Positions 24,113-37,392 of a stretch of DNA of 64,000 nucleotides are shown piece after piece. The notes under the pieces were generated by a model that worked only from the letters and a program-made list of their open reading frames with translations, was not told the DNA's origin and searched no databases. Source of the stretch: Amoebophrya sp. A120 (Eukaryota > Protista > Dinoflagellata); the NCBI GenBank assembly GCA_905178155.1, contig CAJINV010000010.1:62001-126000 (forward strand), in the 5' to 3' direction. The position numbers were made by a program, and so were the translations under genes. How positions within the stretch are numbered: the stretch's first letter is position 1; every line of letters begins with the position of its first letter.

Positions 24113-27100
24113 CTAAGAAAGGGGAATATACCCTCGACGCGTGCCATCGGGCATTAGCCGGTAGCCTTTGGAATCGATTGGGTCGCGTCCGTAGGCTCTG
24201 CCTTTTTGCATGAGATCCCGCTGCTTTTCCGTCAAGTGCTCCGCCGGGATAAAATTCAGAGCGCCTTCCAGCATGTCCTCGAATATTAAGGCCAAGAAAT
24301 CGGGCATGCCGGGGCCGAAAACGCCTTGCTTTATTTTTGCTTCCTCTTCTAGCATCCACGCTTCCCAAGCGACCAAACTTTGGCGGAAGGACGACGCATC
24401 TCGGAACATCTGACACAAACGCAGACGAGGACCCTCGCCCCGCACCCGCTGCCCGAGTTTTTTCCCCCATTCGGCAAGTGGCTGATTGAAGGCTTCCGCG
24501 TCCTTGAACATTTTACCCATGTCCTCCACGCGGCGTATGACAGCCTCAGAATGGAAATCCTCAAAGTGGAAATAATTTGAAATGCAAAAAAACGACTCCA
24601 GTTGAAGCGCCATTTCTAGTCGGCGCATGACAAATTTTCCGGGCACTCAAAGCATGTCTGTCATGCTAGGTAGGCAAAGGGGTGCCCTTCTCTCGTGCTA
24701 ATCAGCAGCCCAATCCTGAACCCCTAGCAGGACAATAGTCGGTCTCCATTGTGTCCTCTGCAATACAGTCTCTTTGCCTTGCATTTCATGCGTCACAAAT
24801 TATTTCCACTTTGAGGATTTCCATTCTGAGGCTTTCACACGGCGAACGTCCCACGTGCTAAGATCCTGGTTGAAGCGGACGGCGCCCTCGAACATGCCGT
24901 GCATATACGTCACCCTGCCAACGTTCCACCGGCTGAGATCCTGGTCGAACGATGCAGCACGCTTAAACATCGCGGACAATCTGTATGGCATTCTCAAACG
25001 TTTTTACTATATGACTCGTCGCGACCACGAACAAGATGACCACTTAGGATTTTGATGCAAGAGCACCAGTAATGAAAGAAAAGGCCAAGAAGTGCGTGGG
25101 CGGGGGAACGAGGCTCCCTGCCCCTTTGTTTCCTATTCCTCCTCGCTTCTTGCATACCATATACAGACTTGGCACGAAAGATCGTCCACCCAATTATGCT
25201 AATACTTAGCACGTCAAGGAGTTTCTGTTGCTGCATCAGCATCGCGCAAATTATGAGGGTGAACTGAAAGTGCTCCTTCATTTACATGACAAAGGATCGA
25301 CAAACAGCGACCAATGTAAAAATCACGCAGTGGAGCATGCCATACGTCAGTCACATCCCGGACATCCCACGCACTAATGTCTTGGTTGAAGAGGGGGGCA
25401 TCCATGAAGAGTCGTCGCATGCTTGTCACGCCCCGTGTGTCCCAGAGCGACATTTGGAACGTATCATGATACCCAAAACGCGCAAAATTAAAAATGCCGT
25501 CTAAGTTGTTGACTCGGCAAACATTCCACTCGTTTACGTCGCCGTACTCGTCAACGATCTGTCGGCGCGCCTCAGCCCTCTGTTGATTGTTGAAGTCAAC
25601 ACGACGATCATCCCGCCACAGATCAATCGCTAGCGCGAGTGTCTGCCGATCGGGGAAAGGCTTGTTTTTCCCCTTCACAATGACGACCTGGAGTGTGTGG
25701 GGTTGTGGTTTGCTGCTCGTAGTTCCTCGTCCACCATTCCGACGCGCAATATCCTCTCGCAACACGTCTGCTAAGAAACGCCGCGCCCCTTGTTCCTCAC
25801 GCGGCACGGGAGTTGTTGCGGCGCCATTTGCCAGGAGGATATCCACCTTTCCGCAAGGGAGTATTTCGCGCGGCAACTGTGTCTCGACGTGGCGGTAAAG
25901 GTCTGCTGGCGTCCATTGTAACCACTGCTCCGGCTTGACGACCTCAGGCAAGTTGGGCAGCGGTTTGTCAAATGTAAAAATGTCTGGGTCTGGAATGATG
26001 CTGGATTTGGATTCCAGAAAAATCTGTATTGCATGAGTACCAAAAGGAATGCAATTTTTGCTCCGCGTGTGTGTGTGTTGACCTTTAACTCCTGTCTGGG
26101 CGGCGTTAGAACAGATTTAGCCTCTGCCGATACCGTGGCGCTAGAACAGATTTAGCCTCTGCCAATGCCCCTAGGTGGACACCCGTTCCACGTCCTACAG
26201 GTACCACCCGACCGCATCCGCCGAACCGTTTCCGATTTCTTACGCGTGCATACGGCCAGCGGGCGCTGGATGTGGCTGACCTGCTTTACCATCCAAGCCC
26301 GCGAGCAAGGTGGAGCTCCAGCGTTGCCTTGCTGGGTTATTCTTACAAACGTCGAACGCTACTGCTTTTGTGGTCGGTCGCGCGCTAGAATAAACTGGGG
26401 GACTATTGGCCACACACGTTGACCCTATCACGATGACGGACAACCCCAAAGCATGCCCCTTCCAAGCACCTTCCCGACCTATTTCCGCGCACCCTTTTTA
26501 TGCGCATAGATAGAGCCGGGCCTTGGAGCTCCGCGTTAGCAGAGCCGCCACCGCGCCCGCCCCGGGGGGCCCCTTGGGGAAGGGGGGTGCTGCCTTAGCG
26601 CAGTCTTTAAAATAACAACCCTGCCACTCTACTAATAAATCTCCTGGCATGCAAACTCCCAGACGCTTGCAGTTCAGGTTCTTGTGTTTTTTGTCCTTCA
26701 ACCCATGCCCCCACCCATCTTTCCTTTTTTCTTTTTTGCCCCACCCAAGTCTTCTTCTTTTTTCTTCTATTACTTTCCCCCCCCCGTCTTCTTTTCCACT
26801 TTTCGGTCGCTCCATTTTTGTGTATGTCTCTTCGTTCATTTGCCCACTTTAGGGGCCCTACGCAAAAGGATCTCCGGCCAGCCAGAAAAAAAGGGGCTGC
26901 CGCGCAAAACACAAGGAAAACCAGCCAAAAAAGGGGCTGTCGCGCAAAACAAAGGCGACGCAGTATGAAAGTATGTACGGGGCGGCATCTAAAGTCTACA
27001 AGGGTAGTAAAGCTAGCGCTAGTAAAAAAAAACATGAAGATTTTTTATCGAGGTTTTCTCCTCACGCTAGTAAACATTTATAAGGATCTCGCGCCCCTAC

Positions 27101-29142
27101 CAAGGTCTAACTACTGTGATCATTGAAGTGTGTGTGTGTGTGTGGAGCGCGCGCAGATCTAGAAGGACGCATGAGGAGAGGATCTAGGACACATGCATAT
27201 CCCACCAAAAAAATCGATCATACTCATACAGGGCCGCAAAAAGCCCAAAAATCGCTATTTTTTCAATTTTTTATTTTCAAAAATTTTTCGCGGTGTCCGG
27301 CAGACCCGGGCAGCCGCTTCTGTTTTGGTGCTCTTATGACGTAAATATTGCGCGGCCTATCTTCTTTGGCTGCTTGGAGTAGTTTCGCTACTTCAGCAAC
27401 TAAGAGGCGGCAGCAGGCCGAGTAGCTATGAGGAGGCGGATGCTACTCCAATAGGGCCGTCAGACAAACCACAAAGAAGATGGCGCAACTACTGGAGACC
27501 AATACCATTGCGCGGCCCTGTCCCATTGATTTCGTTGGCGTTATGGCCATGGGCCTGCATTTCTGGGCACATGCCGAGGAGCCCGATACCCCGCCTTGGC
27601 CTTACTTACCACCAGCTCCTCGTCGGGATTTTAACTGCTTTGCCCCCCCCCAGACCGGCAACGCCGTCCAATCTGGAGAGACTGCTCGCGCACTTTCTGG
27701 CCCCAGATGAGCTAAGGCAAAGTGGGCACATGATTGGCCTCGAAAAGACGGCCATTGCATGCGGATCAAAAAAATCGATCATATCACTTTCGGGCGCCGG
27801 AGACCTCTTCCGGGCCGCCCCATCAGCGGAGTCGATTTGCTGAACTTCCACAGCTGAATTTGGCAAGATTTTCGCACTTTTTCGAAGTTCGAAAAAATGC
27901 CGATTTTCGATATGATCGATCGGCCTCAAAAAATGGCCGTTAGCTCGGTCCCAAAAAAATAGATCATACATTTTTGCGAGTATGATTAATGCCATTTTTT
28001 CACTTTTTTCAAATTTTCTAAAAGAAAATGGCAGCTTTTGGCATATGATCAATTTTTTTGGGCCGCTGCTATGGTGAAAAATTTGCAAATTTACAGTTTT
28101 TGAAAAAACGCCAATCGCGGTGCTACGGCGCAGGTCAGCAAATATGATCGATTCCGGACTCAGCTCGTGCTAAAAAAAATTGATCATACCGCAAAAGCTG
28201 TCAGCTTTTGCCGATTTTGCCACGTTTTGTTGGCCGTTTTTCCACGTTCTCCGCACTGAAAATTGCTGTTTGAGATGGCCTTTTTTGGTCCCGTCCCTGG
28301 TCGATCGCTCTGGCGGCGATCCTGTGGAGGCGTGCCAGAGGATGCCACCGGAGGTCTGCCCAAGAACCCCAGAACGCCTCAAAATAGAAGGCCCAGCCCT
28401 TAGGCTTTTGCGCGGCCCCCAGCACAACCCATGCATGTTTGTCGCAGCACCGTCTCAGCGGGGCTAGAGCTGGCATCCTGAAGGCCATTCCTTTCCTCCT
28501 GGGCCGAGCATGTGCCAGGCTGCGTGGATCCTTTGCCTCCATCCATGTGACAGGCTTGGGAGCGGGAGTTATGAGAGACAAGCGCCCGACGGCGGGGCCG
28601 GTAGGTGAGGAGGGGCTTGGACCGGTAAGAGGGGGCCGGCAAGAGGCCGAAGAGCAGAGCCAGGACAATTGTCGCGGGCGACATATCCGCGCCAGTCGCC
28701 TCCTCGTAGCTAGTTGAACTACTACAGGCAGCCAGTCCAGAGCTCAGCAACGTTGCCGCCCAAGCAGAATGCTCCAGGCCTTACCTCCAAGCCATGCAAA
28801 TTTTCCGCCGAAAAAGAAAAATCGCTGCCGAAATACAGGATTTTTGTTAAAAAAGCGCAGGCTTTTTTCAAAAAAGTAGCATTTTTTGTGTCTTGAATTC
28901 GGCCAAATATGAGTATGATCGATTTTTTTAGTGCGATAATGCACATGGTCGGAACACAAATAGTACATTTGTCATGCGGAATAGGCATCAAGAAGCTCTC
29001 AAAAAATCTGCGATGCTAGGGCATGCATCACAGACATCAGGGCTCATGCAAAACGTGCATGACAACTGTCAGAATCTTCCAGACCCAGACATTTTTGCAT
29101 TTGATACGGTTCACCGGCAAGCGACACGAACTGCAGCGGCAT
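24113..29142 (-). CDS. DUF285 / BspA-type repeat protein (4 exons)
   Basis: Spliced: MPLQFVSLAGEP-LPNLPEVVK...YGDVNEWNVCRV...WDTRGVTSMRRLFMDAPLFNQDISAWDVRDVTD-VSAMFKRAASFDQDLSRWNVGRVTYMHGMFEGAVRFNQDLSTWDVRRV-EDMGKMFKDAEAFNQPLAEW. FNQDxSxWDV repeats are characteristic of DUF285. The start may lie further upstream (~29345). Confidence 0.8.
24536..24839. mobile_element. Introner F13
   Basis: ~44-bp TIR with AGCCTCAGAATGGAAATCCTCAAAGTGGAAATAATTTG; perfect DR cggcg. Confidence 0.92.
24984..25344. mobile_element. Introner F9 (degenerate)
   Basis: tatggcattctcaaacg...gagcatgccata; DR lost, but removal of element plus 5 nt restores the DUF285 frame. Confidence 0.7.
25966..29106. mobile_element. Introner F7 expanded by ~2.9 kb of nested insertions
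   Basis: F7 left part 25966-26068, right part ~28966-29106; perfect DR cggtt. Confidence 0.85.
27198..28938. mobile_element. 1.74-kb non-autonomous TAT...ATA TIR element
   Basis: TIR TATCNCACNAAAAAAATCGATCATACTCATA; perfect 5-bp TSD atgca; internal repeats of (t)atgatc(g/a)at. Confidence 0.88.
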
Positions 29143-30275
29143 ATCAAACACCCATCGAAGATGACGGAGACCCTCAGGGGCTCCCAGGGCGCTCGCGGCG
29201 CGCGGCCCTGGGCCCGAGGAGGGGTCTACTTCTCGGTCCGCCGGGCCCCCAGCTCTGGTCCCGCTGGCTGGTGAGCGGGAGCGCGGCCGCAGATGACGCC
29301 CCCGCACGCCCCCACGTCCCGCCAATGGAGGTCCTGCGGCATCTGCAAACACAATGCAGGAGTAGAGAGAGCAAACACTCCCGAGATGAACAAATAGAGA
29401 CGATCGATTTGCTGCAAGCATGTTGGCTGTGGTGTATCTTTAGGAGTTGTTCCTTCAAAACTTTTTCCGGCGGTGAGTCGTGTATAAAACGTGCTGTGGG
29501 TAAACTACGTTCTACTACAAGAATACAATTACTGTGTAAAAAATAAATGGGTGTAGATGTCGAAGTTGGTGCTGGAGGCCGCGTTCTTTCCGGATGCAAC
29601 GTGCTGATTTCAAGTTGTACTCGTGCCGAGGCTCGCGAGCGAGAGAGTAAAAAACTGAATCAGGTTGCAGAGGTACTACTAGGAGCGCGCGCAGCTTCTA
29701 TGGATGCAACAAGTTTAAACGCGCAACAAACTACTCCCTCCAATAGATATAGTTGTGTCGACAGATAATGTTGTGTATGTGTTTCAGTAAGCGATGCGGC
29801 TACTCTAATAAGCTAAAAAAAAGCGTTTTCGTTTTAAGTAGTTTGAAGAAGGTTCTGATAGGTACCAACAAGAGGCACAAAACAACTGCTTCAGATTTAT
29901 TGGCATGTTGAAAGAGGTGTTGTGGGTGTTGAAAACGGCCCCGGTAAAAGTAGACCGTCCTCCGGGTAGGCGTACCACAGAAATGAGACGTGGCAGATGG
30001 ATCAAAAATGGCTTATATTTGCATAATTTTCGGATCTTCGACGGTGGATCTTCTTGACGAGAGAACTACTTTTCTACTACTTGTCTGATCATCTTCCTGT
30101 CTGATCCACATTATAGAAATTTTCAATTTCTTTGCAGCGGATCTTTCTGCGTGGTCGCGATCTCTCGAACGAATTTTTTGGACCGAAGGAGGAGATAACC
30201 TTCTTTCTACTCGTCCGAGTTGGGTACTTAATACTGCTCCTTGGTGGAGCTCGTCTGTCTAGTACCGAAGGTCTA

Positions 30276-33200
30276 CTAGTTGCACAACAACACGGACCCA
30301 GAAAAAGATCTCATTTTTCATTCTTCATCTTCACCGGGGCTGGATCATGTCCAACGACCATGCAGAAATAAGAAACTACCGGGCCGAGCCTCAAACTCCT
30401 GGCTCTAACTACAAAACTTCATCAATTTGGTTGCATTAGGAGTAAGTGCTGCGGTGGTCGTGACCACACTACTTCTCTGGCAGCTGCGCGACTTCTGTTG
30501 CGGCTTCAGGAGTAGAGACATCTGTCTGTGGAGCAAAAAGCTCGGCGCCAACGATCCTCCCGGGACGGGCGTCACTGCGACTAGAGCGCAAATCTGTCGC
30601 CGTGCGAGACAGTCTAAAGCACCACGATTGTGGTTGTGGAGTTGTCGACTCTACGATTTGAGCAGCATTCTACCTAGCTCCGTTCTGTATGTATCTATCC
30701 TTTTTTTACACTTGTTCATATCCCGTTTCTATCCGCACATCAAACCAAAATATGAATCGTTCGTCCCCGTCTTTTTCAACATTTCCCCGATCTACTTTTT
30801 CTCTTCCTGTCAGCTCTTGTTCGTGTTCAATCTCAATGCGAATGCAGTAGGGATACTGGTAAATAAGTTTAAGCGTGCGTGGTCGTGATTCTGTTGCTTC
30901 TTCCGTTCCCAGGAGGCGGCTGCTCGCATTACATCTAAGCCTAGCAACAAGCCAGCTTTTGTCGCTCGTGGGTACATCAAAACGAAACCAAGCCGGGCTG
31001 TTGTACAAGACGATGAAACCACATCCGCAACATGCAGGACACAACTTAACCTTCGCGATTTTCAGCACATTTGAAGTCGCTCACACACTCGAGAAGGAGG
31101 GTCGGTCCTGCTTGTTCAAAGTTGCATTGGAGCTGCAACTCCGCCTCCCCTCACGACAGTCAAAGTATTGTGACGTAACACGATAATTATTGCAACGTAA
31201 CACTTTTGCACACGACATTGCAGGTTATTGTCTCTACTTTGCGCCCGAGGTTCTTTTGAAAAATTTTCCTCTCGTTGATGGACAATTTTGTCTCCATCTC
31301 TCAACTACATGATCTCTCTACTTTCGATCATCTGCTTCGCCCAACACTAATAGCGCAAGAACTTTTTATCAATGAGAACAGCACAGCACGACCTCCTCTT
31401 ATGTAATACAGCTACGACTTTCTGAGAACAGGAGAAGAAAACTGCACTGGATTTCCATGCGGAATATTAATTCTCCCGCGAGTCTTTCCTTTGGTGTGTC
31501 TTCTGGCATGTGCAAAGGGTAAATGGCACGCACAAAATTCATCTCCTTGTCGTCGCCCACGTGCAGCCGTTCACTTTTCAACTAAATAAGGCCTCAACTT
31601 TCGAAGTCCGAAAAGCACTAACAGCTGAAAGAGATAGCGAATCTGTCACGCGCGTTGCCGTTCCGCACAACTTTGCCGCATCACTCCACTTCTTAACTTG
31701 TCACGCTGTTTCTTCTTTTTGTCTAGTTGCACAACAACACGGACCCAGAAAAAGATCTCATTTTTCATTCTTCATCTTCACCGGGGCTGGATCATGTCCA
31801 ACGACCATGCAGAAATAAGAAACTACCGGGCCGAGCCTCAAACTCCTGGCTCTAACTACAAAACTTCATCAATTTGGTTGCATTAGGAGTAAGTGCTGCG
31901 GTGGTCGTGACCACACTACTTCTCTGGCAGCTGCGCGACTTCTGTTGCGGCTTCAGGAGTAGAGACATCTGTCTGTGGAGCAAAAAGCTCGGCGCCAACG
32001 ATCCTCCCGGGACGGGCGTCACTGCGACTAGAGCGCAAATCTGTCGCCGTGCGAGACAGTCTAAAGCACCACGATTGTGGTTGTGGAGTTGTCGACTCTA
32101 CGATTTGAGCAGCATTCTACCTAGCTCCGTTCTGTATGTATCTATCCTTTTTTTACACTTGTTCATATCCCGTTTCTATCCGCACATCAAACCAAAATAT
32201 GAATCGTTCGTCCCCGTCTTTTTCAACATTTCCCCGATCTACTTTTTCTCTTCCTGTCAGCTCTTGTTCGTGTTCAATCTCAATGCGAATGCAGTAGGGA
32301 TACTGGTAAATAAGTTTAAGCGTGCGTGGTCGTGATTCTGTTGCTTCTTCCGTTCCCAGGAGGCGGCTGCTCGCATTACATCTAAGCCTAGCAACAAGCC
32401 AGCTTTTGTCGCTCGTGGGTACATCAAAACGAAACCAAGCCGGGCTGTTGTACAAGACGATGAAACCACATCCGCAACATGCAGGACACAACTTAACCTT
32501 CGCGATTTTCAGCACATTTGAAGTCGCTCACACACTCGAGAAGGAGGGTCGGTCCTGCTTGTTCAAAGTTGCATTGGAGCTGCAACTCCGCCTCCCCTCA
32601 CGACAGTCAAAGTATTGTGACGTAACACGATAATTATTGCAACGTAACACTTTTGCACACGACATTGCAGGTTATTGTCTCTACTTTGCGCCCGAGGTTC
32701 TTTTGAAAAATTTTCCTCTCGTTGATGGACAATTTTGTCTCCATCTCTCAACTACATGATCTCTCTACTTTCGATCATCTGCTTCGCCCAACACTAATAG
32801 CGCAAGAACTTTTTATCAATGAGAACAGCACAGCACGACCTCCTCTTATGTAATACAGCTACGACTTTCTGAGAACAGGAGAAGAAAACTGCACTGGATT
32901 TCCATGCGGAATATTAATTCTCCCGCGAGTCTTTCCTTTGGTGTGTCTTCTGGCATGTGCAAAGGGTAAATGGCACGCACAAAATTCATCTCCTTGTCGT
33001 CGCCCACGTGCAGCCGTTCACTTTTCAACTAAATAAGGCCTCAACTTTCGAAGTCCGAAAAGCACTAACAGCTGAAAGAGATAGCGAATCTGTCACGCGC
33101 GTTGCCGTTCCGCACAACTTTGCCGCATCACTCCACTTCTTAACTTGTCACGCTGTTTCTTCTTTTTGTCTAGTTGCACAACAACACGGACCCAGAAAAA

Positions 33201-34395
33201 GATCTCATTTTTCATTCTTCATCTTCACCGGGGCTGGATCATGTCCAACGACCATGCAGAAATAAGAAACTACCGGGCCGAGCCTCAAACTCCTGGCTCT
33301 AACTACAAAACTTCATCAATTTGGTTGCATTAGGAGTAAGTGCTGCGGTGGTCGTGACCACACTACTTCTCTGGCAGCTGCGCGACTTCTGTTGCGGCTT
33401 CAGGAGTAGAGACATCTGTCTGTGGAGCAAAAAGCTCGGCGCCAACGATCCTCCCGGGACGGGCGTCACTGCGACTAGAGCGCAAATCTGTCGCCGTGCG
33501 AGACAGTCTAAAGCACCACGATTGTGGTTGTGGAGTTGTCGACTCTACGATTTGAGCAGCATTCTACCTAGCTCCGTTCTGTATGTATCTATCCTTTTTT
33601 TACACTTGTTCATATCCCGTTTCTATCCGCACATCAAACCAAAATATGAATCGTTCGTCCCCGTCTTTTTCAACATTTCCCCGATCTACTTTTTCTCTTC
33701 CTGTCAGCTCTTGTTCGTGTTCAATCTCAATGCGAATGCAGTAGGGATACTGGTAAATAAGTTTAAGCGTGCGTGGTCGTGATTCTGTTGCTTCTTCCGT
33801 TCCCAGGAGGCGGCTGCTCGCATTACATCTAAGCCTAGCAACAAGCCAGCTTTTGTCGCTCGTGGGTACATCAAAACGAAACCAAGCCGGGCTGTTGTAC
33901 AAGACGATGAAACCACATCCGCAACATGCAGGACACAACTTAACCTTCGCGATTTTCAGCACATTTGAAGTCGCTCACACACTCGAGAAGGAGGGTCGGT
34001 CCTGCTTGTTCAAAGTTGCATTGGAGCTGCAACTCCGCCTCCCCTCACGACAGTCAAAGTATTGTGACGTAACACGATAATTATTGCAACGTAACACTTT
34101 TGCACACGACATTGCAGGTTATTGTCTCTACTTTGCGCCCGAGGTTCTTTTGAAAAATTTTCCTCTCGTTGATGGACAATTTTGTCTCCATCTCTCAACT
34201 ACATGATCTCTCTACTTTCGATCATCTGCTTCGCCCAACACTAATAGCGCAAGAACTTTTTATCAATGAGAACAGCACAGCACGACCTCCTCTTATGTAA
34301 TACAGCTACGACTTTCTGAGAACAGGAGAAGAAAACTGCACTGGATTTCCATGCGGAATATTAATTCTCCCGCGAGTCTTTCCTTTGGTGTGTCT
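30276..34395. repeat. Tandem array of 1447-bp units (2.85 apparently identical copies)
   Basis: Units start at 30276, 31723 and 33170; identical ORF sets offset by 1447; array ends at the N at 34396. Confidence 0.92.
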
Positions 34396-35024
34396 NGCCG
34401 GGGAGCTACAAAACGCGCGCGGAAAGCTACTCTTTTTCTCCTCTTCTTCTAGGGCAGGGCAGTGGACTGCTGGTTTTAGAAGAGAAAAACTTTAGCGACG
34501 TATACGACCACGCAGGGCTTCGCGAGCCGGTGCTCGCGCCCATGTCCCGGGCCATCAGTTCGCGGGAAAGACGGTTGGGGCTGGGGTTGACAATGCTCGT
34601 TTCCTCTTGTGCCAAGTCCTCCGCGCATCCGCGAGGAGGCAGCCCACTTAAATTTCAACTGGCTAGAAGCTAGTCAACATCGCGCTAAATACAACAGTAG
34701 ATAGTTTTTGAGGTCGGTTTTCGTAGCTAGTCGAGGTTTTTAAAATTTCTTTGATTTGTGCAGCTGAGCCTCTTAGACCCACACTTCCGTGCTGCCCGTG
34801 CCAGGGCTAGAATTCAGAGCGCCTTCCAGCATGTCCACGAATATGCCGGCGACGACATGGTGCAAGTCGCCGAAAGCGCCTTGCCTTATTTTTGCATCCT
34901 GTTCTAGCATCCGCGCTTCCCAAGTGACCAAACTTTGGCGGAAGGACGACGCACCTTGGAACATCCCACTGAAATTCAGAGGCTCGTCGCCCTGCACCCG
35001 CTGTCCGATTTTTTTCCCCCATTC

Positions 35025-35287
35025 TATCAAATTTAAAACTGTCTGGGTCTGGAAGAGGAGAAGTTTGTCATGCACATTTTCAATGATCCATGATGTCTGT
35101 GATGTAAGCCATAGCTGCATCACAGATTTTTTGAGCGCCTATCTATGCGCATCCAGCATGACAAATGCCCTCTCCGCGTAGCCAAATTGGAATTCTCTTG
35201 CGGGTCATGCAATACAGGTTCTTTTAGCATCCAAATGCAGCATCACAAGTTTGGCTCTTCCAGACCCAGACATTTTTGCATTTGATA
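35025..35287. mobile_element. Introner F7, absent from the paralogous site
   Basis: Perfect DR cattc; the paralogue has a single cattc at 24468-24472. Confidence 0.92.
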
Positions 35288-35355
35288 CATTCGGCAAGTG
35301 GCTGACTGAAGGCCCTCGCGCCAGCGAACATTTCACCCATGTTCCCTACGCGGCG

Positions 35356-35456
35356 TATGAAGGCCTCAGAATGGAAATCCTCAAAGTGGAAATAATTTGT
35401 GATGATGAAATGCGAGGCAAAAAAAAACTGTATTGCAAAGGACGCAATGTGAGTTA
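35356..35456. mobile_element. Truncated introner F13 at the same site as 24536
   Basis: cggcg followed by the F13 left TIR; right end missing. Confidence 0.75.
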
Positions 35457-37392
35457 TTAGAGTTCTTAGACCCACACTTCCGTGCTGCCCGTGCCAGAGC
35501 CAGCAGCAGCCTCGCCGACAGAGTGGGTCTACCCGAAAATCTACATCCCCAACACTAGTAGCCCCGAAGACAAGCAAAGTGCACCCCGCCGGCGAACTGT
35601 AAACGTATGAGCCTGGGCGTCTGTAACCGTACGAACCTGCCTAAAAACCTGACTACGTCAATTTATTTGCATGTAATCCCGCCGGATAAATCGAGGAGGG
35701 TCTCCACCAGGACCCGGAGCCAGCCTACTACCAGCCTATCATACCCGTAGGTAAGGGTCCTCCAGCAGAACCCGTGCCCCAGGATGCACCCGAGACAGCT
35801 CGCGTCCTGCCGAACCACACAAGAGAAACCCCCAAACGAAAGTCCTACACCCTTCTAGCCATACCTATTGGACCGGGAGGATGTCCCCTACAGCGGCAAT
35901 TTCTCCCAACAAATTTCAACCCCATTTCGCCACCAGGAGCTGAGGAGGAAGACTGCGCTACGCGCGTCCTGCTAACCACAATACCGGGGAGCAACAAAAA
36001 CCAACCAGGGCCAACGCGACGTAGCCCACTGCCATGGCTAGCAAGAAAGTAGCCGGAAGGAAACTAGGGCGCAACTGGACTGCCTTTAAACGAAGGCAAC
36101 CGCGACAGATCACAAAAGCCTAAGCCACAAGAAAAGGGAAAGCTAGCCGGCCTATGTCACCACAGCATGCTTAGGCCCCCAGGAACAGGGAAAAACCTGT
36201 ACGCCGTGCATACACCCTGAGATACCAAAACTGGAGACAGCGCCACTGTCTGCCCAAAGCAAACGACCACTGCCACGAAAAGACTTCGCGGGCACCGGTA
36301 GGGGCCTCGATAACATCCTAGCCCTACTGATAGAAGCCGGCTCCCCATAAAAGACAGAACGAGGCCTGCGCAAACCTTCTCCTGATGGAAGATACAAAGC
36401 CTTCTCCTGATGGAAGATACAAAAGTCAACCTAGACTGGGTCCAGCCAATCGAAAGAAAAACCATGGCACGACCCCCGCCTTGAATGCGGGTCCAGTCGT
36501 GCCGCCTTGCATTAGCTTACCAGGGATCTGCTAGCCCTTTCCATAGAACTCTCGTCCTTTCCGTCACTTACTCGAAAATGATGCACCGAGGTGCATCCGT
36601 ATTTAGAGTTCTTAGACCCACACTTCCGTGCTGCCCGTGCCAGGGCTAGTAGAATCCTGAATCGGGATTCGGCGAACGTTAACATTGCAAACATACAGCC
36701 TCGAAGTTGTGCTGACCCGTGAATAGGGACACAGGAGCGCAAGGGCAAATGAGTACTCCCTGAGTCGCGGACTCCCTGAGCCTGCCGGGAAAAAAAACCG
36801 CTTAACATGACCTTTGCATGGCCAAAGGTCGTGTTAAGTAGATTCAGTATCCCCGTCACCCAGGCCGACGTTGTGTCCAGGAATGGACCCTGTGCCACTC
36901 CGTTAACCAGACCTATGGGCACCCAGAGGTCGTGTTTATCGCGAGCTGTTTTTGGATTTTTGGCTGCAGACCCAAAAATCCAAAAACAGCTCGCGATAAA
37001 CAGAACCTCTGGGTATCCCGAGGTCTGGTTAACGAAGTGTCTGGGGCCTCACTCTGTGACAAAACGTCGGCGCCGAGGGGCGCACCAGCGGACGCCCGGG
37101 CGCGTCCGCCTGCTCTACGAAGCCTGTGCGCTGAAATGGCTGCGTTTCAGACTTGTCACCTGGGGCAGGCAAGTTAGGTAAGCCAGGCCCGCGGCGACGA
37201 GCAGCGTAACAGGTTTGCTGCATTTGGACAAAGCGAAGCAAGGCACGTTTGCCAAATTTGCAAAGTAGTTCTGCTCCAAGATTTTGAAACACGGGCGGCG
37301 GGCCTTGATGCACGAGTACGAGAGTCATGGGCTTTTGGAATTCACAGGGATTACCGGCTTTGCCGCTAATTGAGCGTTTTAGAGTAGAGTTC

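Larger units (their letters stand above)
34811..35456 (-). pseudogene. Partial paralogue of the DUF285 gene 3' region
   Basis: Colinear with 24253-24585 (FSQPLAE-WGKKIGQRV...EDMLEGALN-like); truncated inside an F13 introner. Confidence 0.8.

Noticed and set aside
26079-27126. Solo LTR
   Set aside because: No clear TSD or terminal repeat; noted only as an unclassified insert between (TG)n tracts.
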